Shown in pieces: positions 15,883 through 24,686 of a DNA stretch of 64,000 nt. Within the stretch, counting starts at the first letter, position 1; the number at the start of each line of letters is the position of its first letter. Position numbers and translations under genes: made by a program. Source of the stretch: Candidatus Enterousia sp. (GTDB lineage Bacteria; Pseudomonadota; Alphaproteobacteria; Rs-D84); assembly GCA_045636045.1 (NCBI GenBank), contig JAZTWT010000019.1:15355-79354 (forward strand), in the 5' to 3' direction. Below the pieces are notes generated by a model. That model was not told the origin of the DNA and did not search any database. It was given only the letters and a program-made list of their open reading frames with translations.

Positions 15883-16107
15883 ATGCCAAATGTAATGCAA
15901 CAATTATTTGTAATGAACATGGAATCCCTGCTGCGCGAGTATGCAGCATACAAGGCATTTAACAAATCCGATTGCGTTATCAACATGCGCATACCACGCC
16001 CAATCCTGGACAAAATAAAAGAACTGGCCGACACGCAACACGTCCCATACCAATCACTAATATCATCCGTACTATATTCACTGGCCAACCTGGATGAAAA
16101 AAAATAA
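15883..16107 (+). CDS. Ribbon-helix-helix (CopG/BrnA-like antitoxin family) protein
   Basis: ORF 15877-16107; ATG 15883 gives better spacing from the AGGAG at 15871-15875. INMRIPRPILDKIKELADTQHVPYQSLISSVLYSLAN resembles the BrnA/CopG RHH signature (...IRLP...L...K..A...G.PYQTLI...L). Confidence 0.5.
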   Translation: MPNVMQQLFVMNMESLLREYAAYKAFNKSDCVINMRIPRPILDKIKELADTQHVPYQSLISSVLYSLANLDEKK

Positions 16108-16133
16108 CCATCACAAGACCGAGAGAGAACATC

Positions 16134-17072
16134 ATGCCTGCCCCATCCAAAGAATCAATTTTCGAAATACTGAACACAAAACAGATTAATCAACCTGATA
16201 CACCATCACTGTTCCCAGAACTAACCCCCAGCAAATTCGAAACATCAGATGGATGGTACTATTCCGACCTGCATAATTTATATGGCGAAATCCAATTTCC
16301 AACACAACCGTCATTCAGCGCGCACATCTGGCAAAATATGGTCATGCCCACACCTTCAAATTCCAGACGCGCATTTCCGCAACTGGCCCCAACCAGCCTG
16401 GATTTTTACAACAACCACGTAATTCAAATTACACACCCATACACATTGGACACACACCAATATAAACACGCCAAGGACTTTAAACTGTCACGATATGCAT
16501 GCTGGTGCATGTCACGAAATAATCCCAACATGATTTTTTCACGCACATATTTTATCAGCCCAATCATCAACCCCAACATGTCTTTTACCGACATGAATGC
16601 ATGGTGCTATCAATTTGCACGCGTACACCTGCGCGAACAATTAACAAAACATGAAAAAATCATAAACGCAATCGCCAACAAACACAAAATTGATTTCAAC
16701 AAATTCAGACGCGTCAATCGCGCTGCACTGTTTGGCAACCACAGCAAATCACACATCGCCGAACAAAATGATTTCTATATACCACACCACACACCATTGG
16801 CCGACCACATGGGCGCCGCAACATTATACGAACGCGCAAACGCACTAACCCGTGCGATACAACGCATCAACAACACCCCAAAAATCACACAAAACGCAAT
16901 TCTTGAAATCATATATACCGAATTAAATAACGCACGCCATATTATGATTCACAACCTGCACATCGACCCATGCAACGATATACGCAGAACCCCAGTTCAA
17001 AAAATTCAATCAATACTGATGCAAACCGAACGAGACTTTATATTAAAATACGGATTTCAAAATATTAGATAA
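16134..17072 (+). CDS. DinD-like (DNA-damage-inducible protein D family) protein
   Basis: LSRYACWCMSRNNPNMIFSRTYF resembles LSRYACYLVVQNGDP...QTYF of E. coli DinD. ADHMGAATLYERANALT resembles LDHMGSTELAANLFRAT. The N-terminal ~110 aa are unrelated. Confidence 0.5.
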   Translation: MPAPSKESIFEILNTKQINQPDTPSLFPELTPSKFETSDGWYYSDLHNLYGEIQFPTQPSFSAHIWQNMVMPTPSNSRRAFPQLAPTSLDFYNNHVIQITHPYTLDTHQYKHAKDFKLSRYACWCMSRNNPNMIFSRTYFISPIINPNMSFTDMNAWCYQFARVHLREQLTKHEKIINAIANKHKIDFNKFRRVNRAALFGNHSKSHIAEQNDFYIPHHTPLADHMGAATLYERANALTRAIQRINNTPKITQNAILEIIYTELNNARHIMIHNLHIDPCNDIRRTPVQKIQSILMQTERDFILKYGFQNIR

Positions 17073-17082
17073 CAAAACAAAT

Positions 17083-17109
17083 AAAAAATGGGGCCAGACC
17101 CCATTTTTT
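17083..17109. terminator. Bidirectional intrinsic terminator (DinD-like gene / VirB2-like gene)
   Basis: AAAAAATGGGG-CCAGA-CCCCATTTTTT. Confidence 0.7.
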
Positions 17110-17473
17110 AAAAGAACGTTTTAATATCACACCCCAAACCGCCATCCGGTCCAACCATATCAATAAATATACTTAATAACGTACCAACTCCAAACAACAG
17201 GAAGAATCCAATCAACATGCCAACACCCTTTTCCTTAACTTCCTTAACAACGTCAACAGCTTTTCCGCCAGAAATATATCCCCACGCCCATCCTGCGATT
17301 GTAACACCCGCACCAACAAACGCCAATATCTGCAGTATGTTAAAAATCCCTTTAAATTCAGCACCTATTTTACACAAGGCATCTTTTGCAGCACCATTAT
17401 TTAAAGCCATCGCCGGCATAGATACCATAATCCCAATTATTGCAAAATTCAATCTTTTCATCAGTTTTTTCAT
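17108..17473 (-). CDS. Small membrane protein, VirB2/TrbC-like (T4SS pilin-like) architecture
   Basis: 121 aa. Long signal peptide (MKKLMKRLNFAIIGIMVSMPAMA), then two hydrophobic helices separated by a charged loop (ILAFVGAGVTIAGWAWGYISGGKAVD...GMLIGFFLLFGVGTLLSIF), as in VirB2/TrbC pilins. Confidence 0.4.
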   Translation of the reverse strand: MKKLMKRLNFAIIGIMVSMPAMALNNGAAKDALCKIGAEFKGIFNILQILAFVGAGVTIAGWAWGYISGGKAVDVVKEVKEKGVGMLIGFFLLFGVGTLLSIFIDMVGPDGGLGCDIKTFF

Positions 17474-17498
17474 ACCAAAACCCTTTTCCTTTTACGTG

Positions 17499-17527
17499 AT
17501 TATACCACAAAAAAAATAATATTTCAA
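17499..17527 (-). promoter_or_regulatory. Putative strong promoter of the VirB2-like gene
   Basis: The reverse strand reads TTGAAA-17 nt-TATAAT with a TG at the extended -10 position (TGGTATAAT). Confidence 0.5.
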
Positions 17528-17535
17528 ACATATAT

Positions 17536-17567
17536 TAAAAAATCCCACACAATGTGGGACTTTTTTT
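17536..17567 (-). terminator. Intrinsic terminator after lipoprotein gene 17566-17916
   Basis: AAAAAATCCCACA-CAA-TGTGGGACTTTTTTT, with U-runs on both strands. Confidence 0.65.
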
Positions 17568-17916
17568 ATTTAACAAAAACATATTTCTTTTTTGTTGCGC
17601 ACTTATTGCACTGATTGCATTTAGGCGACCCCACAACAGCATCTGCAGCCGGCACCAAAACCTGGCGTGAATTTGTTGACACAACCCCCATATTATCGCG
17701 CACATACAAATCACGACACATCGTGTTACGATACACAATTTCCTTATCCATATCCAAAGAACGAATATCCTCTGAATAGCGACGACCACGCTCCGCAGAA
17801 TAGAAGATACAATCTTCACCATCCTGAACATAGCGCACATCACCCTTGTAATAATCATATGCAGAACAACCAAACAACATCGCCAAAGAAAATACGGCAA
17901 CTAAACTTTTTTTCAT
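17566..17916 (-). CDS. Lipoprotein, unknown function
   Basis: ORF 17566-17985; start moved to ATG 17914-17916. Lipobox in MKKSLVAVFSLAMLFGC. Basic Cys-containing C-terminus (CNQCNKCATKKK). Confidence 0.6.
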   Translation of the reverse strand: MKKSLVAVFSLAMLFGCSAYDYYKGDVRYVQDGEDCIFYSAERGRRYSEDIRSLDMDKEIVYRNTMCRDLYVRDNMGVVSTNSRQVLVPAADAVVGSPKCNQCNKCATKKKYVFVK

Positions 17917-18056
17917 CTCTAACACCTTTTTATATCTACCTCTCTGCCCGACCCCCGATTCGTCATAATTGTTGCACAAATACACCCCCTGTCAAGATTT
18001 TGAATTTAAAAAGCCAACAAAGTATGCTATAATTCACCCCAAAGAAAGGATTTTTT

Positions 18057-19016
18057 ATGAAATATTCGGAACTTGGTCTGGTTAATACAAATGAAATTTT
18101 TCGCGACGCCATTGCACGCAACTATGCCGTGCCCGCATTTAATTTTTATAACATGGAAACACTGCAATCAATTCTGGACGCCGCACACATAACACACAGC
18201 CCCGTGATATTGGCGGTTTCAGAATCCGCCTTGAAATACATGGGGGACGATATGCTGATTGGCATGATTCATGGCGCAAACATTTCGCCCGACGATAAAA
18301 TCGCCCTGCACCTGGACCACGGGGGCAGTTTTGAGGCATGCGCCCACGCAATAGAAATTGGATTCTCGTCCGTTATGATTGACGCCAGCAAATTAGCATT
18401 TGACGAAAATATCGCATTAACACACCATGTCGCCGAACACGCACACAAACACAATGTATCTACCGAGGCAGAACTGGGCATCCTGGCCGGCATCGAAGAC
18501 GAAAATACACAATCTAAATTTTCCACATACACAAACCCAGACGATGTTGAAAAATTTGTAAAAGCAACCAACATTGATTCCCTGGCCATCGCAATCGGCA
18601 CCAGTCACGGCGCATACAAACGCAAAAAAGACGATGAAGAATTACGTTTTGACATATTGGCCGATGTTGCCACACGCCTGCCTGGATTCCCACTGGTTCT
18701 GCACGGCGCATCAAGCATTCCACAAAACTTAATTACAACAATAAATGAATTTGGTGGGAAATTATCTGGCACACGTGGCATTGACGAAAATCAACTGCGC
18801 CACGCAACAAAAATGAACGTGTGCAAAATCAATGTTGACAGCGACCTGCGCCTGGGCTTTACCGCCGCAGTACGCAAATCGCTGTTTGAAAAAGACAAAA
18901 ACTTTAACCCACGTGAATTTTTATCTGCCGCACGTCAAGAAATGACACAAATATGCATTGATGAAATCCGCAATATCATGGGCTCAGAAAATATGACTAA
19001 AGAAATAAGTATATAA
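18057..19016 (+). CDS. fba: Class II fructose-bisphosphate aldolase
   Basis: N-terminal ...YAVPAFNFYNMETLQSILDAA..SPVILAVSE, plus DHG and LHGASS motifs typical of class II ketose-bisphosphate aldolases. Confidence 0.85.
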   Translation: MKYSELGLVNTNEIFRDAIARNYAVPAFNFYNMETLQSILDAAHITHSPVILAVSESALKYMGDDMLIGMIHGANISPDDKIALHLDHGGSFEACAHAIEIGFSSVMIDASKLAFDENIALTHHVAEHAHKHNVSTEAELGILAGIEDENTQSKFSTYTNPDDVEKFVKATNIDSLAIAIGTSHGAYKRKKDDEELRFDILADVATRLPGFPLVLHGASSIPQNLITTINEFGGKLSGTRGIDENQLRHATKMNVCKINVDSDLRLGFTAAVRKSLFEKDKNFNPREFLSAARQEMTQICIDEIRNIMGSENMTKEISI

Positions 19017-19051
19017 AAAAGAAAAAAATAAAGATAACACTATAAATAAAA

Positions 19052-19161
19052 GTTAAATGAATTAGAATGATTCAGATAAAAACAAATCAGGAATCGTAAC
19101 GCACAAAAAAAACACAAGAGATTCCCGATTTGCCTTCTAGATGAATTATTGTAATTTATTT
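19052..19161. repeat. Long-palindrome intergenic element, copy B
   Basis: GTTAAATGAATTAGAATGATTCAGATAAAAACAAATCAGGAATC ...loop... GATTCCCGATTTGCCTTCTAGATGAATTATTGTAATTTATTTAAC. The arms are ~45 nt and imperfect. Lies between the convergent fba and trxB. The last 5 trxB codons and the stop fall inside the right arm. Confidence 0.75.
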
Positions 19162-20048
19162 AACATAGCGACAGCATCCATCCCCACCTCACACCCTGTT
19201 CCAACTGCTGTGGCAATTTGCATTTTAATTCCACTGCGCACATCACCAGCAACAAACATGCCAGCCGGCATCTCTTCTGGCGCCAAACGCCCCAACGCAT
19301 CACGTTTAATATCCTCGCTCAAAAAATCTGTATTTGCTTCATGTCCAATGGCAACAAAGACACCATCAACAACCATTTCGTCCCCATCTGTTGTTGTCAC
19401 AACCAACTCGCCATCAGCCGAATCTGGCTTTTCCGCAATCTTTAACAAATCTGTATTAAACAAACATTCAATATTTTCACGCGCCGCCACACGTTCACGC
19501 AATACAGCCTCGGCCCGGGTAAAAGAATCCTTGCGATATACAATTTTCACTGTTTTCGCCAAATCCGCCAGATATAACGCATCATTCAATGCACTGTTTC
19601 CACCACCCAAAACAATAACTGTTTTACCAGTATAAAAGAACCCATCACACGTCGCGCAATATGAAACACCACATCCCATCAGTTCACGCGCACCTTCGAC
19701 CTGTAATTTTCGTGGCGATGCACCTGTTGAAACAATCACAGTACGACCACGATATTCATTACCATCATCACACGCAACAACAAAGCCATCTGCTGCATCA
19801 CCTGAAACATTTTTTGCGGAAACAAATTTCACACTCGCCCCAAATGTCTCGCACTGTTTTTGCATAAACTGGGCCAATTCTAATCCCGAACCTGCCCAAC
19901 CAGGATAATTTTCCAGAACTGCAATCCCGGCGGTCTGCCCACCCAATCTATCACCACCCAAAACCAATGTCTTTTTATTTGCACGTGCAGTATACAGTGC
20001 CGCCGTCAAACCCGCAGGCCCCGACCCCAAAATAATAACATCATACAT
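19146..20048 (-). CDS. trxB: Thioredoxin-disulfide reductase
   Basis: FAD motif GSGPAG, redox-active CATCDG, NADPH motif GGGNSA, about 300 aa. Confidence 0.9.
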   Translation of the reverse strand: MYDVIILGSGPAGLTAALYTARANKKTLVLGGDRLGGQTAGIAVLENYPGWAGSGLELAQFMQKQCETFGASVKFVSAKNVSGDAADGFVVACDDGNEYRGRTVIVSTGASPRKLQVEGARELMGCGVSYCATCDGFFYTGKTVIVLGGGNSALNDALYLADLAKTVKIVYRKDSFTRAEAVLRERVAARENIECLFNTDLLKIAEKPDSADGELVVTTTDGDEMVVDGVFVAIGHEANTDFLSEDIKRDALGRLAPEEMPAGMFVAGDVRSGIKMQIATAVGTGCEVGMDAVAMLNKLQ

Positions 20049-20115
20049 GATTACCTTCCTTTACCTTTGTTGTCCATAACATACAAAATAGATACATAAT
20101 ATGCAAATGAAATCA

Positions 20116-20144
20116 TTGCAATTAAAATTTGATTAATCTATAAT
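20116..20144 (+). promoter_or_regulatory. Putative serS promoter
   Basis: TTGCAA-17 nt-TATAAT. The inverted repeat TTGATTA-N5-TAATCAA (20129-20147) overlaps the spacer and the -10 element. Confidence 0.4.
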
Positions 20145-20281
20145 CAAAGCAACATGAATATAAAGTTTTCTTTTTTCAGTCGCTTTTCATCCCCGTTGGG
20201 GGAATGATTTATCACGCACTTTACATTACAATTTAAATTCTTAAAGAACACATAAAAACACAGCAAAAAAGGTTATATAAC

Positions 20282-21559
20282 ATGCTTGATATAAAATTTA
20301 TTCGTGAAAATCCAGATGCCGTTAAACGTGCCTGCGAATTAAAAGGCTTCACAGACTATACCGATGAAATTCTGGCATTAGATACACGCGTTCGTGAATT
20401 AAAAACCATTACCCAGGCCAAGACAGCCGAAAAAAACAAAATCACGCGTGAAATTCCAACTGCAACTGACAAGGCCCCATTAATTGCCGCTTCCAAGGCA
20501 ATCGCCAATGAAATCGCTGCCGATATGTCAGAACTGGCAGAAAAAGAAGAAAAATTACAAGACCTGTTACATCGCGTTCCACAAATTCCATCTGATGCCG
20601 CCCCAATCGGCCGTGACGACACAGAAAATATCGAGGTAAGACGCGTTGGCACACCACGCAAATTCGATTTTACACCGCGTCCACAATGGGATTTATTAGA
20701 AATGAACGGCTGGTGGAAGCCTGAAAAAATCGCTTCAATTTGTGGCACACGTACATACGCCCTGTTTGGCGAAGCCGCTGAACTAGAATTAGCAATCGAA
20801 ACATATGTTCTGCAAAAATTAATGGGCAAAGGTTTCACATTCGTCAGCTGTCCATCAATTACCAAGCCACAAACAATCTTTAACGCCGGACATTTTATGG
20901 GCACAGACCAATCCGTTATGAATAATGACGTATTTATGTTAACAGATACCGACCGTTGTTTGGCTGGCACGGCAGAAATTATTTTGAACTGCCTGCACAG
21001 TGACGAAGTATTGAATGAAAAAGACCTGCCAATTAAATACGCAGGCTTCTCGCCATGTTTCCGCAAAGAAGCAGGTGCCGCCGGACGTGACACACGCGGA
21101 ATCGTGCGTATACATCAATTTAACAAGGTTGAACAATACATCTATTGCACACCCGAACAATCAGACGAAATGCATGAACATTTGCTGAATAATTTATGCG
21201 AAGTTATGGAAGATTTGGAATTACCATACCGCGTTATCGCAGCATGTACGGGCGACATGGGATTCAACAAAGTAAAAATGAACGATGTCGAAGCCTGGTT
21301 CCCCAGCGAAGGCGCATATCGCGAACTGGGGTCTTGCTCGTCAATTGGCCAATTCCAGGCACGTCGCACAAATACGCGCTATCGCGACAAAAATGGCAAC
21401 ATGCAATTCTGTGCGACATTAAACAACACAGGCATCGCCCTACCACGCGCAATTGTACCTGTTATTGAAAACCACCAAAACCCAGACGGATCTGTAAACA
21501 TCCCCCAGAAATTACAACCATTAATGGGTGGCCGAACAAAAATTGGTGGCAAACACTAA
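20282..21559 (+). CDS. serS: Seryl-tRNA synthetase
   Basis: MLDIKFIRENPD... N-terminal coiled-coil arm. Class II core (FRKEAGAAGRDTRGIVRIHQFNKVE, LNNTGIALPR). Confidence 0.95.
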   Translation: MLDIKFIRENPDAVKRACELKGFTDYTDEILALDTRVRELKTITQAKTAEKNKITREIPTATDKAPLIAASKAIANEIAADMSELAEKEEKLQDLLHRVPQIPSDAAPIGRDDTENIEVRRVGTPRKFDFTPRPQWDLLEMNGWWKPEKIASICGTRTYALFGEAAELELAIETYVLQKLMGKGFTFVSCPSITKPQTIFNAGHFMGTDQSVMNNDVFMLTDTDRCLAGTAEIILNCLHSDEVLNEKDLPIKYAGFSPCFRKEAGAAGRDTRGIVRIHQFNKVEQYIYCTPEQSDEMHEHLLNNLCEVMEDLELPYRVIAACTGDMGFNKVKMNDVEAWFPSEGAYRELGSCSSIGQFQARRTNTRYRDKNGNMQFCATLNNTGIALPRAIVPVIENHQNPDGSVNIPQKLQPLMGGRTKIGGKH

Positions 21560-21563
21560 AAAA

Positions 21564-21591
21564 CAAAAAAACGCCCTAATGGGCGTTTTTT
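21564..21591. terminator. Bidirectional terminator (serS / 21590-22042)
   Basis: AAAAAAACGCCC-TAAT-GGGCGTTTTTT. Confidence 0.75.
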
Positions 21592-22042
21592 ATCTTTGAA
21601 ACATATGCGCTAATTTCTTAAACGGACGCACCAACGCATTTGAATTTTGCAAATCCAACATATTATTTAAACGTTTTGATTCTGCAATAATCTTCTTGGC
21701 CTGCTTTGCATCTTTAGTACCTGTGAACCAATGATCAACATATACAGAAAAATTATGGAACATGACATACAAATCATGATCACAGCTAGCACCCAAAATC
21801 CCTTCTACATCATCTATTATCTTATCGGAAATAGATTTTTTTCCACCCATATCCTTATACGCATCTAACGCATTACGTGGTCTTTTTATAATCAAATCTA
21901 TATTTTCCATTGATTTTTTTACCATCACCTGGCTTTTGGGCAAAGAATGTTTTTTCAATGAATTTTCTGACAACCCTTTTAGCGCAACAAAGGCCGACTT
22001 AATCGCCAAATAAACCTCTGCATCTGAAAATTTATCACTCAT
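21590..22042 (-). CDS. Hypothetical helical protein (paralog of 22108-22548)
   Basis: ORF 21590-22090; start moved to ATG 22040-22042 behind a GGGAG RBS. No recognisable motifs. Confidence 0.5.
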   Translation of the reverse strand: MSDKFSDAEVYLAIKSAFVALKGLSENSLKKHSLPKSQVMVKKSMENIDLIIKRPRNALDAYKDMGGKKSISDKIIDDVEGILGASCDHDLYVMFHNFSVYVDHWFTGTKDAKQAKKIIAESKRLNNMLDLQNSNALVRPFKKLAHMFQR

Positions 22043-22077
22043 ATTAAACTCCCTTAACTTTTCTGTCATTATACCAC

Positions 22078-22106
22078 GAAAAACGCCCAAATAGGCGTTT
22101 TTTTTT
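22078..22106 (-). terminator. Terminator after 22108-22548
   Basis: GAAAAACGCC-CAAATA-GGCGTTTTTTTTT. The stem sequence is nearly the same as in the 21564-21591 terminator. Confidence 0.6.
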
Positions 22107-22107
22107 A

Positions 22108-22548
22108 TTATTTCTGCTTCACTTTCACCGCAAAACTTTCCCTTGAACGAAACGGAAAAACAAAATCTTTTAAAATACTTGTTGAGTTTTTATATTCAAT
22201 CGCCCTTTTGGCATTCAACAATACCTTTTGCGCCTCTTCACGTTTCCATGAAAATTCACTGTCCAATTCCCCCATACAATTCAAAACTTTACTGTATAAC
22301 TGATATACAGAATTATCACGCGTCCCTGCCATAAAACCATCCACAATACTATGCTGCTCCAAATTCGCTTTGACACGCACATTATAATCTGCATACATTT
22401 TTGGATAATCCGCAATCGTACGCACAGCCCAAATCGCATCAAACACACTCTGCTGAACATGTTTATCCTTGGATTTCTTGACACACTTATCCAAATATTT
22501 CAAAATCTCTTCAAAAAACTTTCTTAATGTTGCATCGTAATCTATCAT
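22108..22548 (-). CDS. Hypothetical helical protein (paralog of 21590-22042)
   Basis: ORF 22108-22602; start moved to ATG 22546-22548 behind an AGGAGA RBS. The C-terminal part (AQKVLLNAKRAIEY...DFVFPFRS) parallels AKQAKKIIAESKRL...ALVRPFKK of the neighbour. Confidence 0.5.
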   Translation of the reverse strand: MIDYDATLRKFFEEILKYLDKCVKKSKDKHVQQSVFDAIWAVRTIADYPKMYADYNVRVKANLEQHSIVDGFMAGTRDNSVYQLYSKVLNCMGELDSEFSWKREEAQKVLLNAKRAIEYKNSTSILKDFVFPFRSRESFAVKVKQK

Positions 22549-22700
22549 TCCATATCTCCTTTGGCTATATTTACTAACAACACACACAACAAATATAGAC
22601 AAAATTAAACAAATGTCAATATTTTGTATAAAAAAGTTGAAAATTCATTATTTTAGTTATACCCTGTATCCGATTAAAACAAAATTATGGGGATAAAATC

Positions 22701-24533
22701 ATGAAAATTCGCAACATTGCAATTATTGCGCACGTTGACCATGGCAAGACAACACTGGTTGACAATATGTTAAAACAGGCTGGGACATTCCGCGAAAACG
22801 AACGCGTTGACGAACGCGTCATGGACAGCGGAGATATCGAACGCGAACGCGGCATTACCATTTCTGCAAAACCAACTTCTATTCAATGGGGCGAATATAA
22901 AATTAATATTGTTGACACACCAGGGCACGCAGACTTTGGCGGCGAAGTAGAACGTATATTATCCATGGTTGATGGTGTTGTCCTACTGGTTGACAGTGCC
23001 GAAGGCCCACTGCCCCAAACCAAGTTTGTATTATCCAAGGCCCTAAAACTGGGACTACGCCCAATCGTTTGCATTAACAAAGTCGATCGTGGCGACGCAC
23101 GCCCAGATGAAGTATTGTCTGAAACTTTCGATTTATTTGATAAATTAGGAGCAACCGATTCGCAACTTGATTTCCCATATCTATATTCTGTTGGACGCGA
23201 TGGCTGGGCAGTACGCGACTTAAACGACGAAAAGAAAGATTTAACCCCATTATTCCAATTAATTGTCGACCATGTACCAGCCCCAGATTGCAATGGCAGC
23301 CGCTGTCAACTGGATGCGCCATTCACAATGCTGGCAACAACGCTTGAGGCCGACCCATATGTCGGTCGTATTCTGACCGGAAAAATCGAATCAGGTACAG
23401 TTCGCGTTGGTCAATCAGTCAAGGCTATAAATCGCAACGGTGAATTTATCGAAAATGCAAAAATCACAAAAATTATTGAACACCGCGGCATTGAAAAAGT
23501 TTCACGCGACACTGCATCTGCCGGTGACATTGTCGTTGTCGCAGGATTTTCCAAGGCAACCGTGGCAGACACCCTGTGTGACCCATCTGTTAACGAACCA
23601 ATTCCAGCAATGCCAATCGATCCACCAACCCTGACGATGACATTCTTTGTAAACACATCGCCATTGGCAGGGAAATCCGGTAAAAAATTAACATCACGAA
23701 TGATTGGCGAAAGATTATTCAAAGAAGCCGAAACAAACATCGCTTTAAAGGTTGAACAAAGTGAAAACAACGAAGCGTTCGAAGTATCTGGTCGTGGTGA
23801 ATTACAACTGGGCATCTTAATTGAAACAATGCGCCGCGAAGGCTTTGAATTATCCGTATCACGCCCACGCGTTGTTATGCAAACAAATGAAAACGGTGAA
23901 AAACTAGAACCAATCGAAGATGTCGTAATTGATGTTGATGACGAATTTTCTGGTGTTGTTATAGAAAAAATGACCAAACGCAAAGCAACAATCACAGAAA
24001 TGAAGGCATCAGGCGCCGGTAAAACACGTATTGTATTTTCTGCACCATCACGCGGTCTGATTGGCTATCTGTCCGAATTTCGCACAGACACACGTGGCAC
24101 AGGTATCATGAACCGCGTATTTGATAAATACGACACATACCGTGGTGCAATTCAACAGTACCGTCCAGGCGTTCTAGTATCAATGGAAAAAGGCGCCGCT
24201 GCAACATACGCGCTGTTTAATCTGCAACCACGCGGCACACTGTTTATCGACCCACAAACAGAAGTATATTCTGGTATGATTATCGGCGAACACAGCAAAG
24301 AAAACGATTTGGAAGTAAACCCGATTAAGGGCAAAGAATTAACCAACATGCGTTCAGTCACCGCAGATGAAAAATTATTCTTGGCCCCACCACGCCGTAT
24401 TTCTTTGGAAGAAGCACTGTCCTATATCCTGGACGATGAATTGGTTGAAATCACACCAGATACGATTCGTCTGCGCAAAAAAGAACTGGACAGCAACACA
24501 CGTAAAAAATTAAAAAAACACACAGAAGAATAA
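22701..24533 (+). CDS. typA: Translational GTPase TypA/BipA
   Basis: G motifs AHVDHGKTT, DTPGH and NKVD. 610 aa, with EF-G-like domains. Confidence 0.95.
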   Translation: MKIRNIAIIAHVDHGKTTLVDNMLKQAGTFRENERVDERVMDSGDIERERGITISAKPTSIQWGEYKINIVDTPGHADFGGEVERILSMVDGVVLLVDSAEGPLPQTKFVLSKALKLGLRPIVCINKVDRGDARPDEVLSETFDLFDKLGATDSQLDFPYLYSVGRDGWAVRDLNDEKKDLTPLFQLIVDHVPAPDCNGSRCQLDAPFTMLATTLEADPYVGRILTGKIESGTVRVGQSVKAINRNGEFIENAKITKIIEHRGIEKVSRDTASAGDIVVVAGFSKATVADTLCDPSVNEPIPAMPIDPPTLTMTFFVNTSPLAGKSGKKLTSRMIGERLFKEAETNIALKVEQSENNEAFEVSGRGELQLGILIETMRREGFELSVSRPRVVMQTNENGEKLEPIEDVVIDVDDEFSGVVIEKMTKRKATITEMKASGAGKTRIVFSAPSRGLIGYLSEFRTDTRGTGIMNRVFDKYDTYRGAIQQYRPGVLVSMEKGAAATYALFNLQPRGTLFIDPQTEVYSGMIIGEHSKENDLEVNPIKGKELTNMRSVTADEKLFLAPPRRISLEEALSYILDDELVEITPDTIRLRKKELDSNTRKKLKKHTEE

Positions 24534-24560
24534 AAAGTCCCCCACCAGGGGATTTTTTTT
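24534..24560 (+). terminator. typA intrinsic terminator
   Basis: AAAAGTCCCC-CACCA-GGGGATTTTTTTT, immediately after the stop codon. Confidence 0.75.
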
Positions 24561-24581
24561 ACAATTATTACTTATATAAAC

Positions 24582-24686
24582 AAAATAAATTAGAATGATT
24601 TAGATAAAAACAATTCGGGCATCTTATGTTGCGTTTGTACACTACGATGCCCGAATTGTTTTTAGATGAATTATTATAATTTATTT
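24582..24686. repeat. Long-palindrome intergenic element, copy C
   Basis: CAAAATAAATTAGAATGATTTAGATAAAAACAATTCGGGCATC, a 22-nt loop, then GATGCCCGAATTGTTTTTAGATGAATTATTATAATTTATTTTG. The arms are 43 nt with 5 mismatches. Lies between the convergent typA and efp. The efp stop falls inside the right arm. Confidence 0.8.

Noticed and set aside
20187-20207. A hairpin (TCATCCCC-GTT-GGGGAATGA) in the serS 5' leader, considered as a T-box or attenuator.
   Set aside because: No T-box consensus, specifier loop or following U-run is present. T-box control would also be unexpected in a proteobacterium-like genome. The hairpin is left unannotated.
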